Shown: piece by piece, positions 1 through 11,579 of the stretch | How the letters are laid out: every line of letters starts with the position of its first letter | How positions within the stretch are numbered: the stretch's first letter is position 1 | Origin: Lama glama | Taxonomy: Eukaryota | DNA: 60,000 nucleotides | Direction: 5' to 3' | Assembly: GCA_028534125.1 (NCBI GenBank) | Contig: CM052817.1 | Span: 1,986,001 to 2,046,000 of the forward strand | Made by a program: the position numbers and the translations under genes | The notes under the pieces: generated by a model | What the model was told of the DNA's origin: nothing | What the model saw: only the letters and a program-made list of their open reading frames with translations | Databases searched by the model: none

Positions 1-369
1 TTCTCAGACGACAGAAGAGGTGGGCAAGCCTGGCCTCTGTCTGCCTCCAGGAAAGGGGTTCTGGGGTCTCTGTTGTACAGGGATAAGGTTGTCACCTGGC
101 CAAGGTCACTTGAGTGGCAGGGCTGGGCCCCTCTGGAAGGCCCCGCCTGGTATTGTCTGCTGTGCTGTGTCTCAGCTGTTGTGTGTAACCAGGAGGTGGG
201 CTCCCCCGGGACAGGCCCCCCCCTGGGAGGTCGGCTCCCCCCGGATGGGCCCCCCAGGATGGGTCCCCCAGGACAGGCTGCGTTGTCTCTTCCTGAAACA
301 GCTCCTGCCCATAGAGGCCCAGCTTAGGTGTTAGTGGGCGGACATGGACAGACTGCAGCTCGCCCCCTT

Positions 370-790
370 GTGCCGGCGGAGCCTCTGGGGCTTGGGGAGC
401 GTGTGCAATTCTGCACACGGAAGGCGCCTTCTGACAGCAGTCCTCTGAGAAGAGGGCTGGGCCCCGCCGCCCGAGGCCGCCTCGTGGGTGCGAAAGGGCA
501 CCACGCGGGAGGAGGCTGCCCAGCGGGGCCGGCGGAGGGGCCCCGGTTCCTCCTGGTGGGCAGCGCAGGGGCAGGGCAGACACAGGCCGGCCCGGGCCCC
601 CGCGCCGCGTGGTTGGCGGTCACGCGGAAGCGGCAGGCTGCCCTGCTGCTTGTCCTGCCGCCCGCCCCGTAGAGCCCCACGGGTCTGGGGGCGCCCGGGC
701 CGCCGGCTGCACGCGGAGAGCCCGGCCGGGTCCCCACTGCCCGCTGCCTGCTGCAGCGGGCCTGCGCCTTTCCCTCTGAAAATGGGGTGG
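370..790. promoter_or_regulatory. Intronic CpG-island-like segment
   Basis: Very GC-rich with dense CpG (cccgcgccgcgtgg, gcgcccgggccgccgg), GC boxes and a CGGAAG ETS core. Confidence 0.55.
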
Positions 791-944
791 GCCTTTGTCA
801 CTTACCCTGCTTAGGTCTTGATGGGCCCTTTGAGTTGAAAGTTTTTTGTCTTTCTAGAGCTCTGGGAATTTGTCCCTAAATTTTTGGACCAAGTAGGCAA
901 CCAGGTGTTATTGAGCAAACATTGGCCACCACTAATGAATTCAG

Positions 945-1275
945 TCAATCCATCCACCCACCTGCCCCCATCACAACTCCTCCATCCCCCCATTGATCCC
1001 CCATCCTTCCATCCATCCCTCCCTCTGTCCATTTATTCATCCACCCCCCATCCTATACCCACCTGCCCACCCATCCATCCATCCATCGTCTCACCTTCCT
1101 TCCAGCCATCCATCTCCTATCCATCCTTCCCTTCTTCCCCCATCCCTCCATCCCTCATCCCTCTACCCCCCACCCCCCCATTCCCCACCCCATCCCTCCA
1201 TCCCCCATCCATCTCTCCCCCATCCATCCATCTCTCCCTCCCCGATCTCCCATCCCTCCACCCATCCACCCATTG
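945..1275. repeat. Degenerate (CCAT/TCCA)n low-complexity tract
   Basis: Repeated ccatcc/ccatccc units with almost no G on the + strand. Explains the Pro/His/Ser-rich and Gly/Trp-rich spurious ORFs here. Confidence 0.9.
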
Positions 1276-1975
1276 CTGGAACTGTGTCCCCTGGCACTGT
1301 GGTAACCACTGGCTCCCACAGAAGTAGCCTTGTTGCAAACCATTCCCTGAGATTTGTCATAGCTGGTGGCTTGGGACTTGTGATGAAACCTCTGTGCTTT
1401 TCTCTGTGGGGCCTGAGTGCAGTGGCCCCTGCTCCCTGGGTTGTGGGGGTGGGGCCGGGGAGTCTCCCCTTTGTTTTAGCTGCTGCAGGATCCCTCTGCT
1501 CCTTCTTCCAGTTTCTTTCTCTCCTTTCCCAGATTTTTTTTTGAAGTCAAGTGAGGCCAAATATCCCTTCAAATGCTAAAATCTGGCTTCAATTTCAACC
1601 ACCTCCAAGGTTCTCCAAAGAGAATTTTGTTTTCCACATAATCTATAATCTAAGTCATCCAACCCCAAATACATCCTCCACATCTGGGGAAGCCCTTCCC
1701 CGCTGCCCTTTGCCGTGACTGATGAACAGAGAGACTTTTCACTGTGCTTTCCTCCCCTCCACAGCCCCTGGGCTCATCCTCTTGGCCTTTCAGCTTTTCT
1801 GTGGTACTGCATCTCCTGGTGCTTCTGCTCTGCCGTGAAAGCTGCCCTGGACTGTCATCCAGCCTGGGTTGTCTGTGGGGTTTTGCAGACTCTGTTTGCA
1901 TGATTATTCCTTGTTTGTGATAACCTTTTCTGAGGCTGCAGCTTCTTGTTTTGTTTTGTTTTTCAGGGCAAATGT

Positions 1976-1980
1976 TTCTT

Positions 1981-2019
<39 letters not shown>

Positions 2020-4615
2020 TTTGACGTATATTTGATGTAGAATATTATATGTTACAGGTGTATAATAGAGTGATTTAGTTTTTAAAAGTTACACTCCATT
2101 TACAGCTATAAAATATTGACTGTATTCCTAGTGTTGTAGAATATATTCTTGAAGCATATTTTGTACATAACAGTTTATACCTCAATCTGCTCCCCCTACA
2201 TTGCCCCTCCCCCTCCCCTCTCCCCACTGGGAACCACTAGTTTGTTTTCTGTATCAGTGAGTCTGCTTCTTTTTTGTTATATTCGCTAGGTTGTTGTATT
2301 TTTTAGATTCCACATATAAGTGATAACATCCAGAATTTGTCTTTCTCTGATTTGTTTCACTTAGCATAATACCCTCCAAGTTCATCCATGTTGTTGCAAA
2401 TGGCAAAATTTTATTCTTTTTTTATGGCTGAGTAGTATACCATTGTATGTCTGTACCACATCTTCTTTATCCGTTCATCTGTTGATGGACACTTAGATTG
2501 CTTCCACATCCTGGCAACTGTAAATAGTGCTGCTGTGAACATTTGGGTGCATGCATCTTTTTGAATTAGTGTTTTTGTCTTCTTCAGATGTATAGCCAGG
2601 AGTGGAATTGCTGGGTCATTTGGTAGTTTTACTTTCAGTTTTTGGAGAAACCTCCATACCATTTTCCACAGTGGCTGTGTTAATTTACCTTCCCACCAGC
2701 AGTGCCAGGAGTGTATGAGGCTTCCCTTTTCTCCACATCCTTGCCAGCATTTGTTATTTGTGTTCTTTTTGATGATGGCCATTCTGACAGGTGTGAGGTG
2801 ATACCCAGTTGTGGTTTTGATTTACATTTCCCTGATGATTAGTGATGATGCTGAGCATCTTTTCATGTGGCTGTTGGCATCTGTATGTCTTCTCTGGGAA
2901 AATGTCTGTTTACGTCTTCCACCCAGTTTTTAATCTGGTTGTTTATTTTTTTTGATGTTGAGTTGTATGAGCTGTTTATATATTTTGGGTATTAACCCCT
3001 TATCAGTCATATCATTTGCAAATACTTTCTTTCATTCAGTAGGTTACCTTTTCATTTTGTCAGTGTGTTCCTTTGCTGTGCAAAAGCTTTTAAGTTTTCT
3101 TAGGTCCTATGTGTTTATTTTTGCTTTTATTTCCTTTGTGTCAGGAGACAGATCCAAAAAGATATTGCTTCACTTTATGTCAGAGTGTTCTGCCTATATT
3201 TTCCTCTAGGAGTTTTATGGTTTCCTGTCTTACATTTAGGTTTTTAATCCACTTTAAATTTATTTTTGTGTATGGTGTTAGAGAATGTTCTAATTTCATT
3301 CTTTCACAGGTAGCTGTCCAGTTTTCACAGCACCACTTACTGAAGAGACTGTCTTTTCTCCATTGTGTGTTCTTGCCTCCTTTGTCATAGATTAATTGAC
3401 CATAAATAGCTGGGTTTATCTCTGAGCTCTCTATTCTGTTCCACTGACCTCTGTGTCTGCTTTGTGTCGTACCACACTGTTTTGATTACTGTAGCTTAGT
3501 CGTATAGTCTTAGGTCAGGGAGCATGACTTTTGTGGCTCTATTCTTCTTTCTCAAGACTGTTGTAACTATTTGTCTTTTGTGTATCATACAAATTTTAAA
3601 CTTACTTGTTTTAGTTCTGTGACAAATGCCATTGATATTTTAATAAGGATGCATCAAGTCTGTCCCTTGTGTTGGGTAGTATGGTCATTTTAATGGTATT
3701 AATTCTTTCAGTCCAGGAACATGGTACATCTTTCTGTCTGTTTGTGTCACCTGCAATTTCTTTCATCAGTGTCTTAAAGTTTTCTGAGGACAGGTCTTTT
3801 ACTTCCTTAGGTAGGTGTATTCTGAGGTATTTTATTCTTTTTGATGTGATGGTAAATGGGATTGTTTCCTTAATTTCTCTTTCTGATAGTTTGTTGTTAG
3901 TGTATAGAAATGCAGCAGATTTCTGTGTATTAATTTTGTATCCTGCAGCTCTATTGAATTCATTGATGAGCTCTGGTAGTTTTCTGGTGGCATCTTTTGG
4001 ATGATCTATGTATAGTATCATGTCATCCACAAGCAGTGACAGTTGACTTCTTCCAGTTTGGATTGCTTCAACCTCTTTTTCTTGTCTGATTGCTGTGGCT
4101 AGGACTTCCAATCCTATGATGAGTAAAACCCATGAGAGTGGACATCCTGGTCTTATTCCTGATCTTAGAGGCAATGCTTTCAGCATTTCACTGTTGAGTA
4201 TGATGTTAGCTGTGGGTTTGTCATATATTGCTTTTATTATGTTGAGGAATTTCCCTCTATTATAAATGGATGTTGAATTTTGTCAAAAGCTTTTTCTGCA
4301 TCTATTGAGATGATCATATGATTTTTATTCTTCAGTTTGTTAATGTGCTGTATCACATTAATTGATTTGTGGATACTGAAAAATCCTTGTGTACCTAGGA
4401 TAAATCCCTCTTGACCATGGTGTATGATCCTTTTAATGTAGTGTTGGATTTGGTCTGCGCATATTTTGTTGAGGATTTTTGCATCTATGTTAATCAGTGA
4501 TATCGGCTACAATTTCTTTTTTTGTGGTGTTGTCTGGTTTTGGTACCAGGGTGATGCTGGCCTCATAGAATGAGTTTGGAAGTGTTCCTTCCTCTGCAAT
4601 TTTTTGGGAATAGTT
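1976..4615 (-). mobile_element. 5'-truncated LINE-1 (ORF2 RT/C-terminus + 3' UTR + tail), inactive
   Basis: (TTTA)n tail 1978-2022. Minus-strand ORFs 3611-4186 (GCPLS...LEVLATAIRQEKE...DDMILY...GYKINTQKS) and 2411-2782 are L1 ORF2p, broken by stops and frameshifts. Confidence 0.95.
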
Positions 4616-6689
4616 TCAAGGTGCAACTGAGGCTGCACTGTTTTGAATCTCTGCATGTCCTGATTGGGCTTTGCGGTTCTCTCTAGGAAGCCCCCACCTG
4701 TGTTGGCCCTACCCGTGCAGGTGGGGAGGCGGTGGGCCGGTCGCCGAGGGAGGGTGGCTTTGGGGAGGAGGTTTTGTTTTGACTGTTGGTCAAAGCGTGT
4801 CAGAGTTTGAGGTACCCCCCACTCTGAGCTTGCAGGAGAGATGTGACCAGGAGGTCAGCAGGTGGGAGACCCTGCCTTGGGGTGGGTTTGATTTCGGGAG
4901 AGGGAGGGGAGAGAGCTTGGGGACCCCATGCTGAGGGGCCAGTGGAGGAGGCTGGTGGGGGAGTCGTGTGCGCTGAGTCTGCTGGGCAGTGGGGGTGAGG
5001 ACTGAGGCCCAGCTTATGAGGTCCTTGGCCGGTGTGAGGAGTGCTTGGAGGCACGAAGGGCTGGAGGCCAGTTTGGGGAGGGAGGGTGAGACTCCCGTGT
5101 GAATAAGCCATTAAGAAGCTGCTGGGGGAGAAGTAGCTCCGGGTAACAGGAGTCAAGGGAGGGCGGGAGCTTTACTCCTTTCAGACTTAGGCCTGGGTGT
5201 GTCCGGATCTGGGCGGGTGGTGTCAGCTCCCCGAGGTGGTGGGGATGGATGGCGTGGGGGGCCCAGGCGGAGAAGCTGGCCTGCTGGAGGAAGAGGATGT
5301 CCTGGACGTCAGGGAGGCCAGGGAGGGCCTACGGGGTGTGACTGTCTTCTCTGTAAAGGAAGGCTGGGAGGGGAGATGGGAGGGGAGACAGGACAGGGTT
5401 TGGAAGGCTGGGGGGGTTTGGGTGGTGTGACTTTGGAGAGGGCCCTGCTGCATGTCCTGTGGAGAAACCCGTGTCAGTTCCTGTAGGGGGTATCCCTCCT
5501 GAGAGGGTGTGGAGCACATGCGCTGGTGCCCAGGGGATTGGAGACCGCGCCGGGATCGGGGGTCAGGGTGGAGGGAGTGGCTGGGTGAGGGAGGAACAGA
5601 ATGACTGATGGGGCAGGCCCGAGGGTGGGCCCCAGGGAGCAGGGGCGGTGGCTGGCGAGGAGCAGGCTGGACACACGTGACCACAAGATGGGCTGCTGAA
5701 GTGAGGATGATAAGGCCTTTGGGGTGGGGGGCGGAGGGATGGAGAGGGCTGGGGAGGGGATGGCCAGGTGGATGGAGGGTGTCCAGGGACAGAAGGACGG
5801 TAAGGTGAGTGGGGGGTATGGCCTGGGAGGGGAAGCAGAGCCGTGGGTGATGGCGGCGGGGTCGGGGGTGAGCGAGGTGCTGCCTGGCACCTGGAAAGAT
5901 GGGTGGGCTTAGGTGGACATCGGGGCCTGGGAAGAGGAGGAGGGGTGCTTCTCGCAAAGGTATGTTTGGCTGTTGACGTGCAGTGAGGTAACGGGTGGCC
6001 GAGAGCGTAGGAAATGGGTTCAGCCCATGGTCAGGCCACGGGGTCACCCACGTTGGGTGTTGAATTCAGAGAGGAAATGGCACAAAGAGCCGACAGCACT
6101 GACCTGTGAGTGCAGCGGGTGGGCCGCCACCCTGGAGGGTCCCTGCTGGGTGTGCTGTGCCCAGGGGTGGGGGTGAGGGTCCCTTGGGAGCTGCTCCAGG
6201 CCATGTGGCCTGAGTGGCTGCAGGTGTGTGGACCCTCTAAGGAAGCTGCTGCCATTGGTAGCCCCTGGTCCTTGTCACCTGCAGAGAGATCTTCGCAGGA
6301 AGGGATGGTTCGCTCATGAGGTCACCCATGCCCGGCCCGGTCCCACACACAGTTGGTGCCTGGTGACACCAGTGAACAACTGAAGTGTCTCCCTGACATC
6401 AGTGGGTGGTGGGTCAGGGGGCAGGCAGTGGAAAGGGGGCCCTCTCAGGATGAAAGTGTGGCGAAGGCGTTGGTGGCATTGTATGGCCCGGAAGTGGCCT
6501 TGAGAGCGGAGTCTGCTGGTGCATCCTCCTTGGCGGCTGGGGCCGCTGCTGTGCTGGGGAGGACAGGCCCTGGGTCGGTAGAGGTTGGGGCAGGGCAGGG
6601 AGGGTGGCCATTGACCTGGAGAGCTCCTTGGGGGGCGGGAGGGGGCTGATGGAAGGGGCCAGAGGGGCGGGGTGGCTGGGACGCAGGGA

Positions 6690-7330
6690 CAGCAAGCCTG
6701 CCGCCCGGGGCGTCGGGTGGGGGCCGTGCGGGCCTTCCGGGTGCGCTCCCAGGCGGTGTCAGGAGGAGCGCAGCCTGGCGGCGGGCGGAGTGGCTGCAGG
6801 GATGTGGCGACTTTGGGACTGGGTCTGCGGAGCAGGAGCCTGTGGGCGGGCGGCTCCCGCCGCCGCCCGGCGTCCTCTCAGAGGCGCTCAGGGCGGGGCA
6901 GAGGAAGCCCGGGGCGGCTGGGGCCGGGGCCGCCTCTGACGCGGGTTCGCTGTAGCCATGCAGCTGCGGGCCGGTCCCTTAACGTCTGTGCCTCCACTTG
7001 CTCCTCTGCAAAGCGGGCATAGTCATCGTGCCTGCCTCGTAGTGACGCTCCCATGGACACACTAGTGAATGTGCGTGGAGTCGCGGGGACCCCGCAGCGC
7101 CCCCGGCGGCTGCCCCGTCGCTGCCTCGCCCTGCGCCCGAGCTCCCGCTTCTCCTCCGCGCCAGGGTGCTGCCCCTCGCCGCCCCCGGCGTCTCCTCCCT
7201 GCGTGTTCCCGCGCGCCGTCGTGGCTGTGCTTTGCCGCTCTGGTCCCTGGCTCAGCTCGGGGCCTGTGGCACCATGAACATCTGTAGCCTTTGTGGCACA
7301 GTCATGGGGACCCCGATGCCATCCTCACAA
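6690..7330. promoter_or_regulatory. Intronic CpG island
   Basis: About 600 bp of dense CpG with several GGGCGG boxes; not recognisable as a repeat. Confidence 0.65.
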
Positions 7331-7824
7331 AATGCTGGGCGGCAGGGACTGAGGTGCGGGCCGAGACCCTCGCTCTTGCCCTCTTCGGAATGGCTTTCTT
7401 GGCTCGTCTGCTGGCAGGGCCCTGGGCCCCCACTGGGCTGGCGCTCACCTGCTCTGGAGTGATGACTGTTGGCTCTTCTTGCTCCTCCCCATCTGGGGAC
7501 CACGGGCTGCTCAGGGCTGGGACCCCAGTAGCTTCCAGGTCTGCAGGCTGCCCGGCACTCAGTCAGTGGGAATGGGCAGAGAAACTCTCCGGAACCAGAC
7601 TCATTTCATACCAGACTTTAGCCTCGGGAAGGAGGGCGCCTGACGTTTGTCTCTAGATCCCGTTGGTTGGAAGGACGAGTGGCTGCGGTAGTGGCGGGCG
7701 GGCTGGCGAGGGGAGGCCCTGTGTCCTGGCTGACTGCGCCAGCAGGGCCCTGGCTCTTGGATGAAGCACTTCTTTCCCACCTGGCTGCGTCTTTGGCAGA
7801 ACCAGGTGGCTGGCTAATTAGATG

Positions 7825-8155
7825 ATGTCTTCGTCCACTTTGGCTGCCGTGACAGAACACTGCAGACAGATGAGGGGGCTTAAATGACAGACATGTATTT
7901 CTCAGGGTTCTGAGGCTGGAAGTCGGAAATTGAGGTGCTGGCAGACTAGTGTCTGGTGAAGACCTACTTCACATGGCGGACAGCGGACAGCAGGGGGCCT
8001 GTCTCTTCTCCTGTTTCTCCTTTTTCACAAGAGCACCAGTCCCTCGTGAGGGCCCCACCCTCGTGACCTCACCAAACTTAATCTCTCCCAAAGGCCCCAC
8101 TTCCAAATGCGTCACATTGGGCCAGCATTTCAGCATGAATTTGGGGACACACAGA
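7825..8155 (-). mobile_element. MaLR LTR (MLT1A-like)
   Basis: tgtcttcgtccactttggctgcc...gttctgaggctggaagtc...ctcccaaaggccccacttccaaat...atgaatttggggacaca resembles the reverse complement of an MLT1 consensus. Confidence 0.75.
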
Positions 8156-8673
8156 CTGAGCCTGGAGCAGGTGATCTCAAGTCTGGGTGTGCCAGACGCT
8201 GTCACCCACGCCATGTCAGCATCACATGGATGATGTGGGGTGAGGTGGGGCTTGGTCCAAGCAGGCAGCTCCGTGGCCTCTGTCCAGAACTTCTGAGCTG
8301 GGGTCTCTGTGCAGGGGTGGGACCAGGAGCTGGTGTTTTCGCAGCCCAGGTGGCCAAAGCGCTGGTTGAGTTTGGAAACTAGGGCCCATGGTTTCTTCTG
8401 AATTTCACTGTCTGTTCCACCAGCTTTACTATGAATCAGTTCGGTTTAAGGAAAAGTTAATCTGTAGGCTGAATTTACAAAATGTGGTTATAGGTATTAA
8501 GATATCACTGATAAGAATTAGAACCTATTTTCAGTCATTAGAAGAACACGACAGTGAGAGCCTACTAGGAATATCTGGGTAAACTACATACAAGACTGTC
8601 GTGAACAGCGTGTCCCACAGTGTTGTGACTCCATGGTGGTCGGATGGATTACAAAATAATTCTGCATACAGTA

Positions 8674-8779
8674 GTGCTCGCTTCAACAGCACATATACTA
8701 AAATTGGAACGGTGCAGAGAAGATAAGCATAGCCCCTGCGCGAGGATGACACGCAAATTCTTGAAGCGTTCCATATTTT
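8674..8779 (+). pseudogene. RNU6: Full-length U6 snRNA retropseudogene
   Basis: 106 nt GTGCTCGCTTC...CGTTCCATATTTT with 8 substitutions versus canonical U6 (ACAGAGA box changed to GCAGAGA), A-tail 8780-8788, direct repeat AATTCTGCATA at 8658-8668 and 8787-8797. No obvious upstream PSE/TATA. Confidence 0.95.
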
Positions 8780-9074
8780 AAAAAAAAATTCTGCATATAA
8801 AACTGGGAAATCATTTCTTTCGTAGAGGCAGCGTCTAGTACTGTTTGGAAGAGCAAGCCAGGGGGTGCTGTTCCTGGGGGCACCAGCAGGGCCTCGCCAA
8901 CCCATCCTGAGAGAGTCGATGGTGACAACTGATACTTACAGTGACGTCAGGAGCAGCAGCAGCTTTGATGCGCCGTGTCTGCCGGGAGCCAGGTAGTGCC
9001 GTGAGCATTTTTCAGAGGTTATTTTGTGCTTTCATGGCATTCCCCTCTCCCCACTGGGATGGCGATTCCCCTTG

Positions 9075-9487
9075 TGAGAGTTTGCAGTGGTCGCTGAAAC
9101 AGATTACCACAAACTCAGCGACTCAACTCAAATATATGCCCTCACAGTCTGGGGCCAGAGCCCACACTCAGTCTTGCTGGCAGATGTCCAGCTCAGGGCA
9201 AGGCTGGTCCCTCCTGGCGCCCCTGGGAGAACACGTTTCCTCCACCTTCCAGGCCCCTCGCTCTGATCTCTGCTTCTGTCTTCGCGGCCTCTCTCTGCCT
9301 CCCGCCCTCCTGCCTCCCTCTGGTGAGGGCCCGGTGGTCACGTGGGGCCTGCCTGGAAAACCTGGGATGCCCTCCCACCTCAGGACCCGCATTCTATCAC
9401 ATCTGCAGTCCCCTTGGCCCATGAGGTGACAGCGCAGGTTCTGGGCATTAGGACGTGGTGTCTTTGGGACCATTGTTCAGCTCACGC
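9075..9487 (-). mobile_element. MaLR LTR (MLT1C/D-like), diverged
   Basis: attaccacaaactcagcg...ctcacagtctgggg...atcacatctgcagtccc...ggttctgggcattaggacgtgg pattern of MLT1 LTRs. Confidence 0.65.
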
Positions 9488-9553
9488 TCCTTGAGAAGAT
9501 TCCGTGAGAAGACCTGAGACACAGTTCATGGCGACTTTAACATACTCACTTTT

Positions 9554-9689
9554 TTTTTTAACATTTTTGTTATTGATTTGTAATAATTTTACAATGTTGT
9601 GTCAAATTCCAGTGTAGAGCACAATTTTCAATTATACATGAATATATATATATTCCTTGTCCCATTTTTTTCTCTGTGAACTACCATAA
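9554..9689 (-). mobile_element. Very short 5'-truncated young L1 3' end with perfect 17-bp TSD
   Basis: TTAACATACTCACTTTT at 9537-9553 and 9690-9706, poly-T (minus-strand poly-A) at 9551-9559, TT/AAAA endonuclease site on the minus strand. Confidence 0.85.
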
Positions 9690-10030
9690 TTAACATACTC
9701 ACTTTTAATGGTGAACATCAAGTAGTTAAACTCCAGTCACAGTACTCAAATATGAAGTAATGTGGTAGTTTAGGTATTGTTCTTTTTTTCACTTTGATGT
9801 ATCATAAAGTAACTTTACTTAAACATGCATCCCGTGTGATAGTGTCTCCATCATCCTTGAAGCTGCCCCTGGTGTCATCTAATGATATACTTTCCATTTT
9901 CTTTAGTTCTTTCTCTTTTTTGGTGCATTTATGTAAATTACTTTGAATTATGCTTCTGTTACTGGAAACTTTATCCCAAGACATGAGAATGTATCCTGAG
10001 AACTTTGAAACAGTTATTTTAAAAACATAC

Positions 10031-11079
10031 ACTGGAAATCAACTACAGAGAAACAAAGGAGAAAAAAAGGAAAGCATGAAGATTAAACAACATGCTATTA
10101 AAAAACCAGTGGGTCGATGATGAAATCAAAGTTGAAACTAAAATATACTTTGAGACAAATGGAAATGAAAACACAACCACACAAAATTTATGGGACACAA
10201 CAAAGGCAGTGCTAAGACGGAAGTTTACAGCGATACAGGCCTTCCTCAAAAAATAAGAACAATCTCAAATAAACAATCTAACCCACCAGCCAAAAGAATT
10301 AGAAAAAGAAGGGAAAAACCCCGAAAAGGCAGCAGAAAGAAGGAAATAATAAAGATCAGGGAGGAAATAAATAAAATAGAGATTAAAAAACAATAAAAAA
10401 TCAATCAAACCAAAAGCTGGTTTTTTGAAAAATAAAATCGACAAACCTCTGGCCAAACCCACAAAGAAGAAAAAAGAGAGAGCACAAATAAGAAAAATAA
10501 GAAAGGAAAATGGAGAAATTACAACAAATAACATAGAAATACAGAATATCATATGAGAATATTATGAAAAACTATATGGAACCAAAATGGATAACCTAGA
10601 GGAGATGGACAAGTTTCTGGAAACATGCAGTCCACCAAAACTGAACCAAGAAGAAACTGACCACTTGAACAAACTAATCACTGGAAATGAAATCGAATTA
10701 GCAATAAAAAACCTCCCTACAAATTAAAGTCCAGGACCAGACGGCTTCACCAGGGAATTCTACCAAACATACAAAGAAGAACTCATACCAGTCCTTCTCA
10801 AACTCTTCCAGAAGATTGAAAAGGAAGGAATACTCCCAAACTCATTCTATAAGCCACCATGACCCCGATACCAAAACCAGGCAAAGACACCACCAAAAAA
10901 GAGAATTACAGACCAATATCACTGATGAACATAGATGCAAAAATCCTCAACAAAATATTAGCAAATAGAATCCAACAGCACATAAAAAAGATTATACATC
11001 ATGACCAAGTGGGGTTCATCCCAGGGACACAAGGGTGGTTCAACATATGCAAATCAATCAATGTAATACATCAAATCAA
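10031..11079 (+). mobile_element. Relatively young LINE-1 ORF2 fragment (end of endonuclease to start of RT), cut by the gap
   Basis: A-rich; encodes [52 protein letters not shown], with a few stops/frameshifts upstream. Confidence 0.95.
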
Positions 11080-11579
11080 NNNNNNNNNNNNNNNNNNNNN
11101 NNNNNNNNNNNNNNNNNNNNNNNNNNNNNNNNNNNNNNNNNNNNNNNNNNNNNNNNNNNNNNNNNNNNNNNNNNNNNNNNNNNNNNNNNNNNNNNNNNNN
11201 NNNNNNNNNNNNNNNNNNNNNNNNNNNNNNNNNNNNNNNNNNNNNNNNNNNNNNNNNNNNNNNNNNNNNNNNNNNNNNNNNNNNNNNNNNNNNNNNNNNN
11301 NNNNNNNNNNNNNNNNNNNNNNNNNNNNNNNNNNNNNNNNNNNNNNNNNNNNNNNNNNNNNNNNNNNNNNNNNNNNNNNNNNNNNNNNNNNNNNNNNNNN
11401 NNNNNNNNNNNNNNNNNNNNNNNNNNNNNNNNNNNNNNNNNNNNNNNNNNNNNNNNNNNNNNNNNNNNNNNNNNNNNNNNNNNNNNNNNNNNNNNNNNNN
11501 NNNNNNNNNNNNNNNNNNNNNNNNNNNNNNNNNNNNNNNNNNNNNNNNNNNNNNNNNNNNNNNNNNNNNNNNNNNNNNN
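11080..11579. other. Assembly gap, exactly 500 N
   Basis: Run of N from 11080 to 11579. Confidence 0.99.

Noticed and set aside
4800..6980. Faint POM121/NPAP1-like flavour of the Pro/Ser/Thr-rich minus-strand frames
   Set aside because: Only low-complexity resemblance with no diagnostic motif; cannot be supported without a search.
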